From the human T2T-CHM13v2.0 reference genome, Homo sapiens: DNA of 64,000 bases. The notes under the pieces are model-generated. The model was not told the DNA's origin. It did no database searches and worked only from the letters and a program-made list of their open reading frames with translations. The position numbers and the translations under genes are program-made. The DNA is taken from NCBI RefSeq assembly GCF_009914755.1, contig NC_060942.1; one strand, given 5' to 3'. This document shows, piece after piece, positions 1-14,394 of the stretch (positions within the stretch are counted from its first letter, which is position 1; each line of letters opens with the position of its first letter).

Positions 1-385
1 AGATGAGTTCTTCACGTGACATTTTTTCTGATCAGTAGCCTAAATGATATGAAAGATTCGCTTGGTATCTTTTCCTAATTCCATTAGATAATTGGCAGGC
101 CTTTCTTGGTGACCTTTGTAAAACAACACATTTTAGTGTTCCTTTGACTTTTAAAGGACAGCAGAAAGAGGAGGAAAATATGAAGATTTGAGTCAGTGGT
201 TCAAAAGCAAAGAATCAGGTCTAAAGAGAAATGCTAGCAGAGCCATGCAGAAGAAGTAATGAGTAACGTTCAGCAGGTTAGAGAGGGGAAAACAGGCTGA
301 GAGGAAACACGGTTCTGTTGAGTTGACATTTTCTTTGTTGTTGAGAAGAATCACAAACCTTGGTCAAATAAATATATTTCTACTA

Positions 386-740
386 CTGTTCCCCCTGTAG
401 CACCTCTCCCCAGAGGTGGCTGTGTGGGAAACAGTGTGATTCCCAGATGCCCACCAGCAGAGGGAGTGTCTGCTGCTCTGACCTGCAGTTTGGGGCTTAT
501 ATTTGAAAGCAGTTTGTTTTAGTGCCAGGAGCTCTTCAATTTAGCAGGCACAGGAACCTTGGCAACACCTCAGTTTTAGCTCTTCTGGAGGCTGACCACC
601 TATTTGAGACATCACTCAGAGTCTCCCCAAATAAATTTTGTGTTTCTCACATAGCCTATATTTTAAGCCAGACCATCCCAAGTATAGTTTCAGTATTGGC
701 TAAAAATCTTTATAGGCATTTTATCATGATATGGTAAAAG
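386..740 (+). mobile_element. Probable old solo LTR (ERVL class, LTR41-like, tentative) carrying a CTCF motif
   Basis: GC-richer block starting TGTT, internal AATAAA near 570, CCAGCAGAGGGAGTG at 454-468. Confidence 0.35.
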
Positions 741-1100
741 ACAAACAATTTTATTTACATATATTTACTAGAAACAAGCCCTGGCACCATGAAGAAATGC
801 AGAGATAGCGCTCTACTACCATTATTGGCATTAATACTAGTAATATTGAAATGGCCACTAATCATATAAAATCATATGTAGCACTTTTTCATCCCTCATA
901 ATTTATTTGCGAGAGCTATATCACAGTGGGTATAACAGTGTTAGATCTGTGGCAGAGTAATCCCTGAGTTAAGTGTCAAATGAGTAAAGAAGATGATAAT
1001 GTTGTCTTCTTTCCTTCGTTGATCTCTAGTTTAGGAAAAATTATGTTAGAAGAGGTCAGTCTACATATTTGAATTCTAATAAAATGCCTTTTTCATCTAC

Positions 1101-1391
1101 TTTTTTTTTGAGACATAGTCTTGCTCCGTCGTCCAGGCTGCAGTACCATGGTACTGTGGCATGATCTCAGCTCACTGCAGCTTCTGCCTCCCGTCTTCAA
1201 GCAATTAACCTGCCTCAGCCTCCCAGGCAGCTGGGACTGCAGGCGTGCACCACCACGCCTGGCTAATTTTTAGTAAAGATGGGGGGGTTTCACTCTGTTG
1301 GCCAGGCTGATCTCAAACTGACCTCAAGTGATCTGCCAGCCTCGGCCTTCCAAAGTGCTGGGATTACAGGCATGAGCCACTGTGCCTGGCC
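1101..1391 (-). mobile_element. Alu (AluS-like), antisense
   Basis: Reverse-complement Alu with poly-T; flanking ctttt(t/c)catcta TSD. Confidence 0.95.
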
Positions 1392-1479
1392 ATCTTTTCC
1401 ATCTATATTTAAAATAAATTAACACTTTCACTGTTAATATTATAAGCAGTCTCTTTTCACTTTATGATTTTTTAGGGGA

Positions 1480-2275
1480 TATTACTCATTTATGTGTTCT
1501 ACAAATACGAAATATGTATTGCATGCCTACTCTGTGCAGAGTGCTTTTCTAGGTTCTTGGGATACAGCAGTGAATATAAAAATCTCTTCCTCTATGGGGA
1601 TCATATTCTCGTTGAAGAGAGTAAATGCAATAAATAAATAAAATGTATATAGTGTGCTAGATAGTGTTATATGTTATGGAGAAAAATAAAACAGGAAGGG
1701 GGATTAGGCAGTACTTGTGTCCAGTAGTAAGGCAGTGTTTCACTTCTTAATAGAGTGGCCAGGTAAGGCCTCACTGAGAAATTGACATTTGAACAAAGGC
1801 CTGAAGCATGTAAGAGAGCAAGCCGGTCTTCTGGAGAAGATTGTTCCAGCCAGAGGAATAGCAGTGCACAGCCCCGGAGGTGGGAGCATGTGTGGCAGTT
1901 GTGAGAAATAGGAAGAAGCCCAGTGTATTTGGAGCAGAGGGAATGGGTACAGTAATAGGAGATGAAGTTAGAGATAATTGGGAAATGGATGGAATTTATC
2001 CTTGTAAATCATTATAGTCAATATTATTTTGACTGAAACACTGAGTAAGAGTAGAAGCTATTGGAGATTTTGAATAGCAGGGTAACATGAACTGACTTTG
2101 ATTTTAGCAGCTGCACTCTGGTTACTTTTGATAAGAAACTGTAGGAGGGTGAAAAGTTTGAAGAAGAGAAGCAATCAGGAGGCTATTGCAGTAATCAAGA
2201 TGAGAAATCATGGTGGCTGGGTTCTTAGGGCTTATAGTGGTAGAGGTGGTAAGAAGTGGCTAGATTTCTCTCCCC
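1480..2275 (-). mobile_element. L2 LINE 3' fragment
   Basis: Reverse complement of the L2 3' end (gcctactctgtgc...gggatacagcagtgaa; gtggccagg.aaggcctc.ctgagaa). Confidence 0.75.
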
Positions 2276-2295
2276 ATTCTTATTTTACTTTCTGG

Positions 2296-2300
2296 TTATT

Positions 2301-2343
<43 letters not shown>

Positions 2344-2347
2344 TTTT
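2296..2347. repeat. (ATTT)n microsatellite
   Basis: About 12 tandem ATTT units. Confidence 0.95.
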
Positions 2348-3504
2348 AATTAGCGCATCAACTAGTAATTTGTTAAGGTAGGATAACTTTACTCTCAAAT
2401 TAGTTGACATTACTTCACATTAGTAGATCTGACCGTCCATTTAGTTAAGGAGTAGATTTAGTGATTTTTGTAACACTTATGTAGAAATTCATACCAGTTG
2501 ATTTTCAGTTGATTTTAACTTGAACTTTTCATCATTCAGGAGGAGATGGGATTATTACTGAAGGAAAATAATTTTACATCTTCTTTGTCCTTGAAACATA
2601 CTATTTTTTTCTGAACTTCTTTCACTGATTCCAGAGTTCTCTCCTTTGAGGCTTACCCAGCAGCACAAAGCACTTCAACTTCCCAGTAGCATTGTAGTTG
2701 AAGTGTTTTATGCTGCTGGGATTGTCATGTCGAGTTTTCCTTCTTAAAGAACAAACTCACCTATTTAGGTGAGCAAGCCCTGCTCCTAAAGATTGCAGGA
2801 CTCTCCCAGCTTTTAAAGGAAATTAATTGTTCTTTTGAAATTGAATAGAAGGGGTTCTTCTAAATAGTATAGATGTTGCTTATTGATGAAGCTGTTTCAT
2901 CATGACTTGGATTTCTCAGTTTCTGGAATGTTAGCTTAATGCATTATGTATATGAGCTGAAGAAAATGAATGATGATGATATCCTAGGAAAAGTTTGACC
3001 ATACAGACTCAGTGAAAGTTAGAAAGTAGGGTTATAGTTTCTCCAAGTGAATTAAGTTTCCTTTTTAAACTCAAAAAATGCACTGGGGCAGCATAGTGAA
3101 ATTTTTGCTTAATATTTGGTCATGCAAAATTAAACTTTGAAGGAAATTTCAGTTTCTCTCTGTGGCTTCACAAATCCTTGGAAACAGAAATTGAATCTTT
3201 AGGTCCAACTTGAATAAATTCCTGATTCTTTGTCAGCTTTAGCAAGTGAAATGTATTCTGTATCCTTCCTGTGAAAAGTCCAACTTTCACAGTCAAGCGA
3301 TTGTTTGGTTTAAAGCATGCTGCTGCTGTTGTTAGGGATTATTTATAAGTGCTTGTCTCTCACATACAACACCATCTCCTTTATATTATTTTGGTGCTTT
3401 GCAAATACTTTTAAGTTAATGGAATCAATTTTTATGTCTTTACTATATGTTTTATAAACTACTCTTCTATTTTAACCTCATTAATCCTTTCTGATTTGTT
3501 CTAG

Positions 3505-3654
<150 letters not shown>

Positions 3655-3884
3655 TAATGTGTATGATTGGAACCTAATTCTTAAGCTAGATCAGAGATAC
3701 TACCTTGGAAAACTATTACATTGCAGAGATCACATCTATAATTCTAGTTGATTTAGTAAATGCTAGATTGAAGGGTACCTTTTATTTATCAGTGTGTTTT
3801 GATTTAAGATCTTCTTTTGTTACCAGTACATGGGCATTTTTATGTAACATGTGAAATACTTTTATATCTCTGGGTTGTTTTTTA

Positions 3885-4031
3885 ATATTTAATTTTTTTA
3901 TTGTTTTATTTTTGTAGAGATGGGTCCTCACTTTGTTATCCAGGCTGGTCTCATACTCCTGGCTTCAAGCAGTCTTCCCACCTCAGCCTCCCAAAGTGTT
4001 GGGATTACAGGCATGCGCCACCATACCCAAC
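3885..4031 (-). mobile_element. Alu left monomer (FLAM-like)
   Basis: Single-arm Alu sequence; taatattta flanks on both sides. Confidence 0.85.
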
Positions 4032-6484
4032 ATAATATTTAGTTTTTCAAGCTAATTGTTAATCAGAGCTGTAACTATTTTTCTTTATGTAAATTTTTTT
4101 AGAGGGCAAATTGCAAACGTATCATGCATTCATTCAGTTCATTAGTTCAGATGGTTAGATATGAGTCCCAGTTGACCTTTTTAACATTTCTGTCTGATAT
4201 CTGTTCCTGTTGAACCTTAAGTGTTTTCTTATATTTTCACGTGGCAATTCTCTTTAGTCCTTAGTAGCATACCAGGCTTGGTGTTTTTTCTATTGACTGG
4301 CCACCAGTTCAGGTAGAAACAGCTGATGCAGCAGCCTTCTCTAATCATGCTCAAAGGACCAAAGGCCAGAGCATCATTATCTGTCAGCATCATACTGAAA
4401 GATCTTTGTGAGACATGGTGCTTTATGTTTTGTGATTCTAGTGGTAGAAAGGCATAGTTGCATTGAATATTACTTTGCATGAGTTAAGAAAGGGCTCATA
4501 GAACAACAACTAATGTATATACACGGGTGTAATTATAGTAGGAAACAGTTCATATTTTTTAAAAAAGTGTGTTTCAAGGCAACCTCATATTTGGTCATGG
4601 GTTGCAGCCCAGCTCATATGACTAAAACATAAGTTTCATAAAGCAATCCCTAACTTTAACTGGGTGTTATGGATGGATAGTTACCATTATTTTTAACATT
4701 ATTCTGTTGCTTTAATTTTTAAATGTTGCTTACAACCTATTGGTTTTAAAACTCTCTAACAGATTACAACCTGCAAGTTAAAAATACTGGTATTACTATA
4801 TGCAATTTGAAAATACTGGTATAGGAGATACAGTGCAATTTTTTTTTTAGTCTGTGCTTGCAGTCTACTGGAGACTGAAATGTAAAAAGCTATGCACAAG
4901 GTAATATACATATAACAACTGGCATTCCTTTGGGCTAGAACTCCCAAAGAAGACCAGCTTCTAATATTCTTGAACACTAAGGACTCATCAAGAGCAGTGA
5001 ATTAAAAAAGTAATTTTACCATTTTTTTTCCAACCATGGTGCAAAAGAGTATCTAAGACATACAGCAGGGGTTTTAAGAGTGGACTATAAGAAGATATAT
5101 CTCCCTCTATTGGTAGGTGGATTCTAGACTCATACTCAATTATAAAAAATTATAATTATGTCTTATGAAATAAAATATGGGAAATCTTTTTGACCTCAGT
5201 ATTCAGTCTTGATTATTTTTCTTTCAACTCTTAAGTATATGGGCATTCTTAAAAATTTTGAGTTAGAGTTTAGGAATAATGGTTCTGAGGCAGTTGCTAC
5301 GTAATATTAGTTATATAGAGTGTCTCTGTGTAGGGAGTTGCTACTTTGGCTCATGGATGTCTTTGAGAATCTGATGAAAGTGATGGATTATGCACTTCAG
5401 AAAATTGCCCGTATGCTTACACATACACTGAAATTTCTGCATACACTTGCAGAGGATCTGTGGACTCCTGTTTTCCTTGTATGAGCTCCTTAGAGCTGAA
5501 AAGGCTAGGGACCCTTATTTCTAGTAGTTTTAAAAGTAATTTTGTAGACCTTAATGTAACAGCCAAAGCTGGATATTCATGAAGACTGGACCCCTTAAGG
5601 CACTGGGATAAGTGCATGTTATCCTGTGGTTGTTTTCTTGCTTTAAATTTCAGATGAAATCTAAATTAGATGAAATCGTATTGAATCTCAAAAAAGAAAT
5701 CACAACAAAGATTCTCCTGCCTGTCATTTATCTTTAGGAAGATAACTTCCAATTACTAGGGCTCAAGGTAATTTATAAAATAACATTTTCAAATAAAAGG
5801 ATATTCCAAATTTAAGGTAATTTAAAATTCAGAATTTTATTCCAACTAGAGTTTGTAAGTTTTAAACATACATTCTCTGAACCATTTTCCATGTTTTTGT
5901 TTTCCCCCAGCATTTTATAGGAAAGTTTTCAAGCATACAGCAAAGTTGAAGGAGTTTTACAGTAGACAACCGTGTATCTACCACTTTAATTCTGTCATCA
6001 ACATTTTGCCATTTGTTTTGTCACATCTGTTCATCCATCTATATGATGTTTTTTGGGCCATTATTTCTCTTGGTTATTACCATTTTTTTTGTTTTTGTTT
6101 TTAAATTTCTTTGACTCATTTTTTTTTCTTTGGATTAATATATTTCTCCAAATTTTTGTCTTATATAATTTCTTCTCAATGACCAAACTCAATAGGGTCT
6201 CTCTCTCTCAGAACAATTTTCTGACCATTTATGTCCAGAATATCCATCTTAGCATGCCACTTTATGTGAGGTTTTATGATTCCCCCTTTCTAAAAAGAAT
6301 ATAATTTCTTTATTTTTTTTTTGTTGATTTAAACATATACCTAAACTAATTTAGACCTTCATATAATTAAGGGAAGGACTGTGGGGAAAACATAATATTA
6401 TTCCAGAATAAAAGATACAGATATTTGAGATCTCCTCTCATTTTATAAATGAGGAATTTGAGTCTTAAAGCTGCACAACTAGTA

Positions 6485-6839
6485 CAGATTGAGCATCTCT
6501 AATCCAAAAATCCAAAATCTAAAATGCTCCAAAATCTGAAACTTTTTGAGTGCTGACATGATGCCGCAAGTGGAAAATCCTCCAGCTGACTTTATGTCAT
6601 GCATTACAGTCAAAACACGGTCAGAACTTTGTTTCATGCACAAAATTACTAAAAATATTGTGTAAAATTACTTTCAGTTTATGTGTGTAGGGTATATGTG
6701 AAACATAATTGAATTTCAAGTTTAAACTTGGGTCACAGCCCTAAAATATTTTATTATGTATATGCAAATATTCCAAAATCCGGGGAAGTCCAAAATCCCA
6801 AACATTTGCAAGCATTTCTGTTATGGGATACTCAACCTG
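6485..6839 (+). mobile_element. Tigger4/Zombi-type MITE (Tigger4b-like)
   Basis: TIRs cagattgagcatc...gatactcaacctg with TA target duplication; ccaaaat repeats. Confidence 0.85.
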
Positions 6840-7329
6840 TAGTATACTTGCCATTAAAAACCAGGGCTCTTCACTTTGCATCTGGTACATTGTTATGTTG
6901 TACTGTTTCACCTTATTTATTTCAGTATACCTCTAAAAATAAAAAATGATGATAGATATATAAAGAATGTCTTCTTTGTATTAGGCATGGTGCCAGACTA
7001 TTGACCTGTATAGTTTCTGATTGCCTTAGCAACTCTGCAGAAGAGATGGTATCTTATTTTACAGATGAGGAAACAAGTTAAAGGATATGCATAAGACTGT
7101 CCAGCGAGTACCTGGGAGAGCTTGGAATGTTTTAACCACATGACTGATTGCAGAGCTTGTGCGCTTTCCATCGTGTAGTCTTCTGACTACTAGCTAGTTC
7201 ACTGTTCTTTCCAGTATACCCTAATGTATCTCATTGAAAACCCAACTTGTTTTTTAGGTCCTATTTACCTGTGTATTTATCTTATATATCAACATTTTCT
7301 TGTATGTATAGTACAATTTTATGCATTAA

Positions 7330-7554
<225 letters not shown>

Positions 7555-8026
7555 TAGTTCATTTGCTGTTTATGGAACAGAAGTATTTGTAACATTCAGG
7601 TACGATCCTAGAAAGCTCAACAGTCTCCACTTGACCTTGAAAAAATTTAGTTGCTTTTATATACTTCAGAATGGTTTTTGTGTTGAGTATAAATTGGAAC
7701 TGTATGTGTTCCATTAATTTTTTTTCCAAATTAAGTTCTCTAAATAAGGGATTTAGTAGTTTCCTTCCTCTTAGTCTATTAAATTTTTTTTAAATCCTTT
7801 TAATCCCATCTCTGTCCCTGGCATTAAAAAGTACATGCTTGCCCTAGTTCCCTTTTTCTGAGCTCTAAAGTACTTTATGGCCAGAAAGGACTGCATGAAG
7901 TGATAGCAACAACCCTATTGTTCATTGAAAACAGCTGACAGAGATTTAGAGTAGATGAAAAATTTAGCATACCGTCATCTAAGTCCTTAATCAATTTAAT
8001 TTTGATGATCAAAGTTAAATTAACTA

Positions 8027-8345
<319 letters not shown>

Positions 8346-8454
8346 TAGCTTAACTTCCTAAATCTTTATTACATTAAACTGCTATACTATTTGCCCACAA
8401 AACTGTCTTTTAACAGTCTTTACATTTGGTTAATATATTTTACCTTTTGATTAA

Positions 8455-8559
<105 letters not shown>

Positions 8560-8959
8560 TAGTGTACATTGTGTGTACTTTTTCAAATTGAAAATTTTTA
8601 AGTATGTTAGAGATACAAATAAATTCCATTTGTAGCACTGAAGACAAGTTGGACCTTCCTGCCTGCTTCCCTTCTGTCTTTCCTTCTTTCCTGTTTCTCA
8701 GTAACTACTGATTAATGTAACTACTGGTTAATGTAGTTACTGAGAAACAGGATATTTCAGACATTCCTGACAATCCTGTAGACACACATACACATACACA
8801 CACACCCTCACACACACAAACCATTTAAGTCTTTTCGAGATGAATAATCCCTGGGAGTTTGGTAGAAGATTCCCTAGGAATGCTTGCCTAATGCTTACTG
8901 TAAATTCCATAGTCTTGCTGCCCTTCCTGCTTTATACTAGTAGTTACTGAGAAACAAAA

Positions 8960-9572
8960 TACATGCTTTAGGTTCCTATCCTTCCTCTGGCTACTCCCAA
9001 ATCTTTTTGATGCCTTAATTACTCTTCTCAGTTTCTTCTCAGAATGATATTTTAAAAAGTGCAAATGTGCATCTTTACAATCCTGCAAAAAGTCATTTGT
9101 TAGCTTTCATTTTCTCTTTGGACAAAGACCCAAAAAACCTTTACCTAGCTTCTAAGTGCTTGCATAGTGTGACACACCCTGTGTCTATCTTTCAAGCCTC
9201 TTCTTTTTGCCACTCTTCCCCTGCATCCTGGGCTTTAGCCATACTGGCTACCTTCTGTTTTATCTAATGCATTGTGCTCTAAGGCCTTCACATACACTGT
9301 GATCATTGTCTCAAACATTCTTTGCTCCATGGCCTATTAATTTTATTATCCTTGAAAACATGGCTCAAATGTCAGATGTCCTTCGATCCCTACTGTAAGT
9401 TAGGTCTCCTTACACTACTTCCTTTCATAGTACCCTTTATTCATAGTATTTACCCAAGTGAAGCTTATAAGCTTTAAGATCCATGTAGGCAGTGTCAAAC
9501 ATCTATTTTTACTTACTTGGCAAATTTCTTCCGACATGGTCAAGAAACAATAAATACCTGTTAAGTGAATTA
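8960..9572 (+). mobile_element. L2 3' fragment (degenerate)
   Basis: Ends aataaatacctgttaagtgaat, like the L2 tail; pyrimidine-rich body. Confidence 0.55.
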
Positions 9573-10350
9573 GTGCCAACTATTCTGTATTTATGATGCA
9601 AGAATAAATGAGATATTTCTTATTCTACAGGGGTATATAATCTCCTAATGTGCATGCAAATTATTATCCTATAGGCTTACCAGAACCAGATCATGATAGT
9701 TTATGATCCTGAAATGTTGTTTGCTTCATCCAACTTTTTTTTTTAATATATCCATTGTTTTATGTTTCTGTTGTCTTCAGACTTATCAGACTGACTTTTT
9801 CTCCTTCTTCCACATACTGTCTGTCCCCTTTCCTTTTTTTTTTTTTTTTGGTAGTTTAAGGGATTTACACATCTGTTATTACCAGGAAATGACAGAAGAT
9901 GGAATATTAGACAAAAGGAGCCATTACATAACAGTTTTACATACAGCTTTTAGGGTTAGGTAATTGTAATCCACAATTCTAGATTTCTTACGGTGATTTT
10001 AAATTTGGAATATTTTAATTGGTATATGTTGTAAATCTATAGAAAGAAGAAATTTTTGATGCTAGATTTAAGAAGCTTAGTCTATAAGTTTTCGTTTCTC
10101 ATATTTTATAATAGAAATTAGCCTAGAGAAACATACAGACTAAATCAGCTTAATTTAAAAAAAAAAAGTTTTCTTACAGGTCCTATGACATAAATGCCAG
10201 TACAAACTTAATGTAGTGTACACTGATCTTTTTAAGTTGTTCAGATATGGAATGCATTTATTCAGAGATGAGGATTATTCTTAGCAGAACCTTTATTTTT
10301 ATTTCTTAACCAGTAGCTATGCTTAATGCAGTGCATACATTTCTGTGTAG

Positions 10351-10415
10351 GCTTCATGCAGTTTATCCAGTCAGTTCCTGTGGCTGAAGTTCTTGATACA
10401 GAGGGAAGCATTCAG
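10351..10415 (+). CDS. PIK3C3: PIK3C3 exon (~19): (G)[21 protein letters not shown] (gatekeeper/hinge)
   Basis: gtgtag|GCTTCA...ATTCAG|gtatgg; 65 nt, phase 1/0. Confidence 0.96.
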
Positions 10416-10641
10416 GTATGGTATCAATAAAGATTATGCAATTCATGAATATATTCTTGTCATAAAAAATTCAGTCTTTATAACATAGAGTTAAAAATGA
10501 AAGTCTCCTTTTATCATTTTTCTTTCTTCAAGTTTTTTTTCTTCCTTTATTCAGAAGTAAGCATGTTCGCAGTTGAAGATTCTTCCATTTGTTACATAGA
10601 TTCTCAGTTCCTTGAACAGTGCATTGCATATCAAGGGATCA

Positions 10642-10905
<264 letters not shown>

Positions 10906-11596
10906 TTAAAATTTGTTAACGTTTATTTATACTTGCATTATATTCCAAAGTATGGAAATGTTGTAATTTATTTGATATTAATTGATGAGCACTTTATTTC
11001 CAGTTTTTGTTATTCAGAACACTGCTACAATGATATTGTTGCTCATCTGTCTTTTGTACAATTATTTAAGACCCCCTATCCTCTCCCTTCAACCTATTGC
11101 TCCCCTTTAAATATGAGAAAAGGTGAGTGGTTCTGTGACAAAGTAATGTATATGTTTGGATTTTTTTTTTTTTTACCCTTTAAATACATGGATTAGTTCT
11201 TATAACATGTTAATGGTTTATTTTTGTTATTTTTAAAATATAATTTTCCTGCTTCCCTTTGTAAAAAAAAAAAAAAAGGTATGTAATTAAAACAAAAATG
11301 GATACACCTGAGATGAAAGATAATACACAGAAGGGCTTGGTAGATGATGTTTGATACAGTGTGTTTTTGCCTTTCCCTATTTAATTGTTCCATTTATTCA
11401 GTATGGGAGTCAGATTTGTAGAAAAGTATTACTCTGATTCTTTTGCAAAGCAAGTGCTTATTCTGTTCTTTGATTTGGGGTACAGTCATGTGCAGTGGTT
11501 AAAAGCTCAGGCTTAGGACATCAAACTGCCTGGGATTGAATTCCACCTGTGTAACTTTCCAGCTCTGTAACCTTGAGTGAACTGGTTAACTCTTTT

Positions 11597-12139
11597 TGCA
11601 GAGAAAAGTTAACATAGTAGCCCTAAGGTTGCAATCTTTGGAAAGGCCTGCTTGCCAGGAGATTGGTCATTGGCTTTCAGCATGTTCCCTTTGCTTCCTA
11701 ATTGATAAGGGTGGTTCGCTGTGCCTAGATTGTTTGTTCAAATAATATGCTTTATACTAAACAATCCACTTTCCTTCTGGGAGTCTGGAATTTTGTACTT
11801 GCTTGACAGAGGTTGCCTGGGTCACCAGTTCCTGATAAAACCTTGGGTTCTAAGTCTCTAATGGGCTTTCCTTGTCAGAAACATTACACCCATGTTACTG
11901 CTTTTTATTTTTTATTTTTGGCTATTGGAAAAGAAGCTCACTGTGTCTTCATAGGACAGAGAGGGCTAGGATGCCTATGTATGAATTTCTCCAGATTTTT
12001 TCTGTGTATGTTTTCCATGTTGATTCTACTGTGTATCCGTTCTCTGTAACAAACCTTAGTCATGGTACAACTACATGTTTAGTCTGTAAGACCTTCTAGC
12101 AAGTCAAACCTGTCAGTGGTCCTGGGGACCCGTTTAACA
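11597..12139 (+). mobile_element. Solo LTR (MER21C-like) inserted in a MIR (MIR halves ~11480-11596 and ~12143-12270)
   Basis: TG...CA ends; agttaacatag...aaaggcctgcttgc start; MIR core sequence is interrupted and resumes (cagtttttgcatctgtaaaat). Confidence 0.65.
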
Positions 12140-12329
12140 TACCCTTCAAGACACCAGTTTTTGCATCTGTAAAATTTCGGTAATAACCCATATTACTCCA
12201 GGATTGTTTTGAAGAGGACCTGAAGTGTACTTAAAGTTTTTAACATGGGCCCTAATTGCCATCATTGTTTCATAAAGTTTTTCATTACTTACATTGTTTT
12301 GTGTAATTACGATTTTATAAAATGAAAAC

Positions 12330-12740
12330 AGTGACAGTTTGTATACTGATTCTTGGCTGCACATCTGATCTGTGTAAGTGATTTACCTGGGTCATAGATC
12401 ACATTCAGCTTTACTTGATAATGAAAAGTTGTTTTTCGATAATTAAAAGTTGTTTTCCAAAACAGTAACACTTCTTGTGTTTCTCCTTGCTACATGTCTG
12501 CCAAATCGTAGTGTTGCCAAACTTCAAACTCTTCGTACCTCTTTTTGGTTTGCATTTCCCTGATTATCTGTAAGGTTGAATGTATAAAAATATATGTATA
12601 GGCCATTTGTTTCTTCTGTGAAGTGCATGTTCACATCTTCCTGTGGCCCATGTTCCTGTCGCGTTGTTTGTATTTTTTGTATTGATTTATAGGAGTTTTT
12701 AAATATATATTCCAGATGCAAATCCTTTGTCAGAAATACA
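12330..12740 (-). mobile_element. Old L1 (L1M) fragment
   Basis: tttgcatttccctgatta...ggccatttgtttcttctgtgaagtgc, typical antisense L1 ORF2 end. Confidence 0.7.
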
Positions 12741-12759
12741 GGGTATTCAAAAAAGGTGA

Positions 12760-13064
<305 letters not shown>

Positions 13065-13406
13065 AGGATAAACTCATTTTTTAATAGTACGTTAATCGTA
13101 TTTTCAGATAATATGCTCTGTGGTTTTGTTTGTTTGTTTGTTTTTTGTTTTGCCTCTAAATGTAAAAGAATAGGTGCAATTGGAAATCTGGGGTGGGTGG
13201 TGGGGGACATTAAACACAGTTTCCCCTAATGGAAACTCTAGTGTATTTATCGCACTCTTACAATTCTTTTGTTCAGTCAGCATCTCTCATACTGTATTTT
13301 GATTAAGCTTTATGCTAGACACTTGCTGGTCACTATTTATAGTTTCAAAACACCTAGTTTGTTTGTTTGTACTTAATTCTAAAACATGTAAATAATGTCT
13401 TTTCAG

Positions 13407-13491
13407 AACTTTTTTAGAAAATATGCACCAAGTGAGAATGGGCCAAATGGGATTAGTGCTGAGGTCATGGACACTTACGTTAAAAGCTGTG
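13407..13491 (+). CDS. PIK3C3: PIK3C3 exon (~20): [28 protein letters not shown](A)
   Basis: tttcag|AACTTT...AGCTGTG|gtaagt; 85 nt, phase 0/1. Confidence 0.96.
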
Positions 13492-14044
13492 GTAAGTTTT
13501 TCAGGCTATTACTTTCCATTGATCAGATAAAGAAGAGCAGGCCATCCTGATATTGCCATAATCATATACATTTAGAACATGTTAATATTTAAATGCTCTA
13601 TAGGAAGAGTAAAAGATAAATGTTGATTAAAGTAGTCATTGATGCTTTGACGTAATAGTATTAACAAGGTGTAAATTCTATTTAGTCTTTCATGGATATA
13701 TCTTTGTAATCACTGAACTATTTTATAATCACAGTTTATCTCTTCCTGGAAGCTGTTAATTTTCCATTAGATTTTCTCTATTTTTGAATAACAGAAACTA
13801 AGTAGACCATGGGAAAAGTTTCAATCAGAAATGATTGTGCTTTAGATAAAGTTTAAGAGCTAAGATAATGGTGCTTCATTAAGAGGGTGCCCTTGTGGTA
13901 TTTTAGAGTCAGTCCTTATGGTCCATTCCTAGAAATAAGAAAGCAGTAGTAGTATTTCCTAGAAATAAATAGTAAGTGACATAGGGATTAATTTTTATTC
14001 TTCAGGCATTTATGTCTAACTTCACGAAGGTTATATTCTACAGG

Positions 14045-14394
14045 ATTTTTTTTTTTCATTTTCTTTATTTTTTTCTTTTCTTTTCTTTTCCTTTTTTCCT
14101 GGAGACAGGATCACACTCTGTCACCCGGGCTGGCTGAAGTGCAGTGGCGCAATCACAGCTTACTGCGGCCTGGACCTCCCAGGCTCAGGTGATTCTTCCA
14201 CCTCAGCCCGCCGAGTACCTGGGACTGTAGGAGGTGTGCACCACCACACTTGGATGATTTTTTTGTATTTTTTGTAGAAACAGGGTTATGGCATGTTTCC
14301 CAGGCTGGTCTCAAACTCCTGGGCTCAAACGATCACCACCTGCTTTGGCCTCCCAAAGTGCAAAGATTGAAGGCATGAGCCACCATCCCCAGCA
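14045..14394 (-). mobile_element. AluJ, antisense
   Basis: Diverged Alu with J-type tcctgggctcaa; long T/C tail. Confidence 0.9.
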
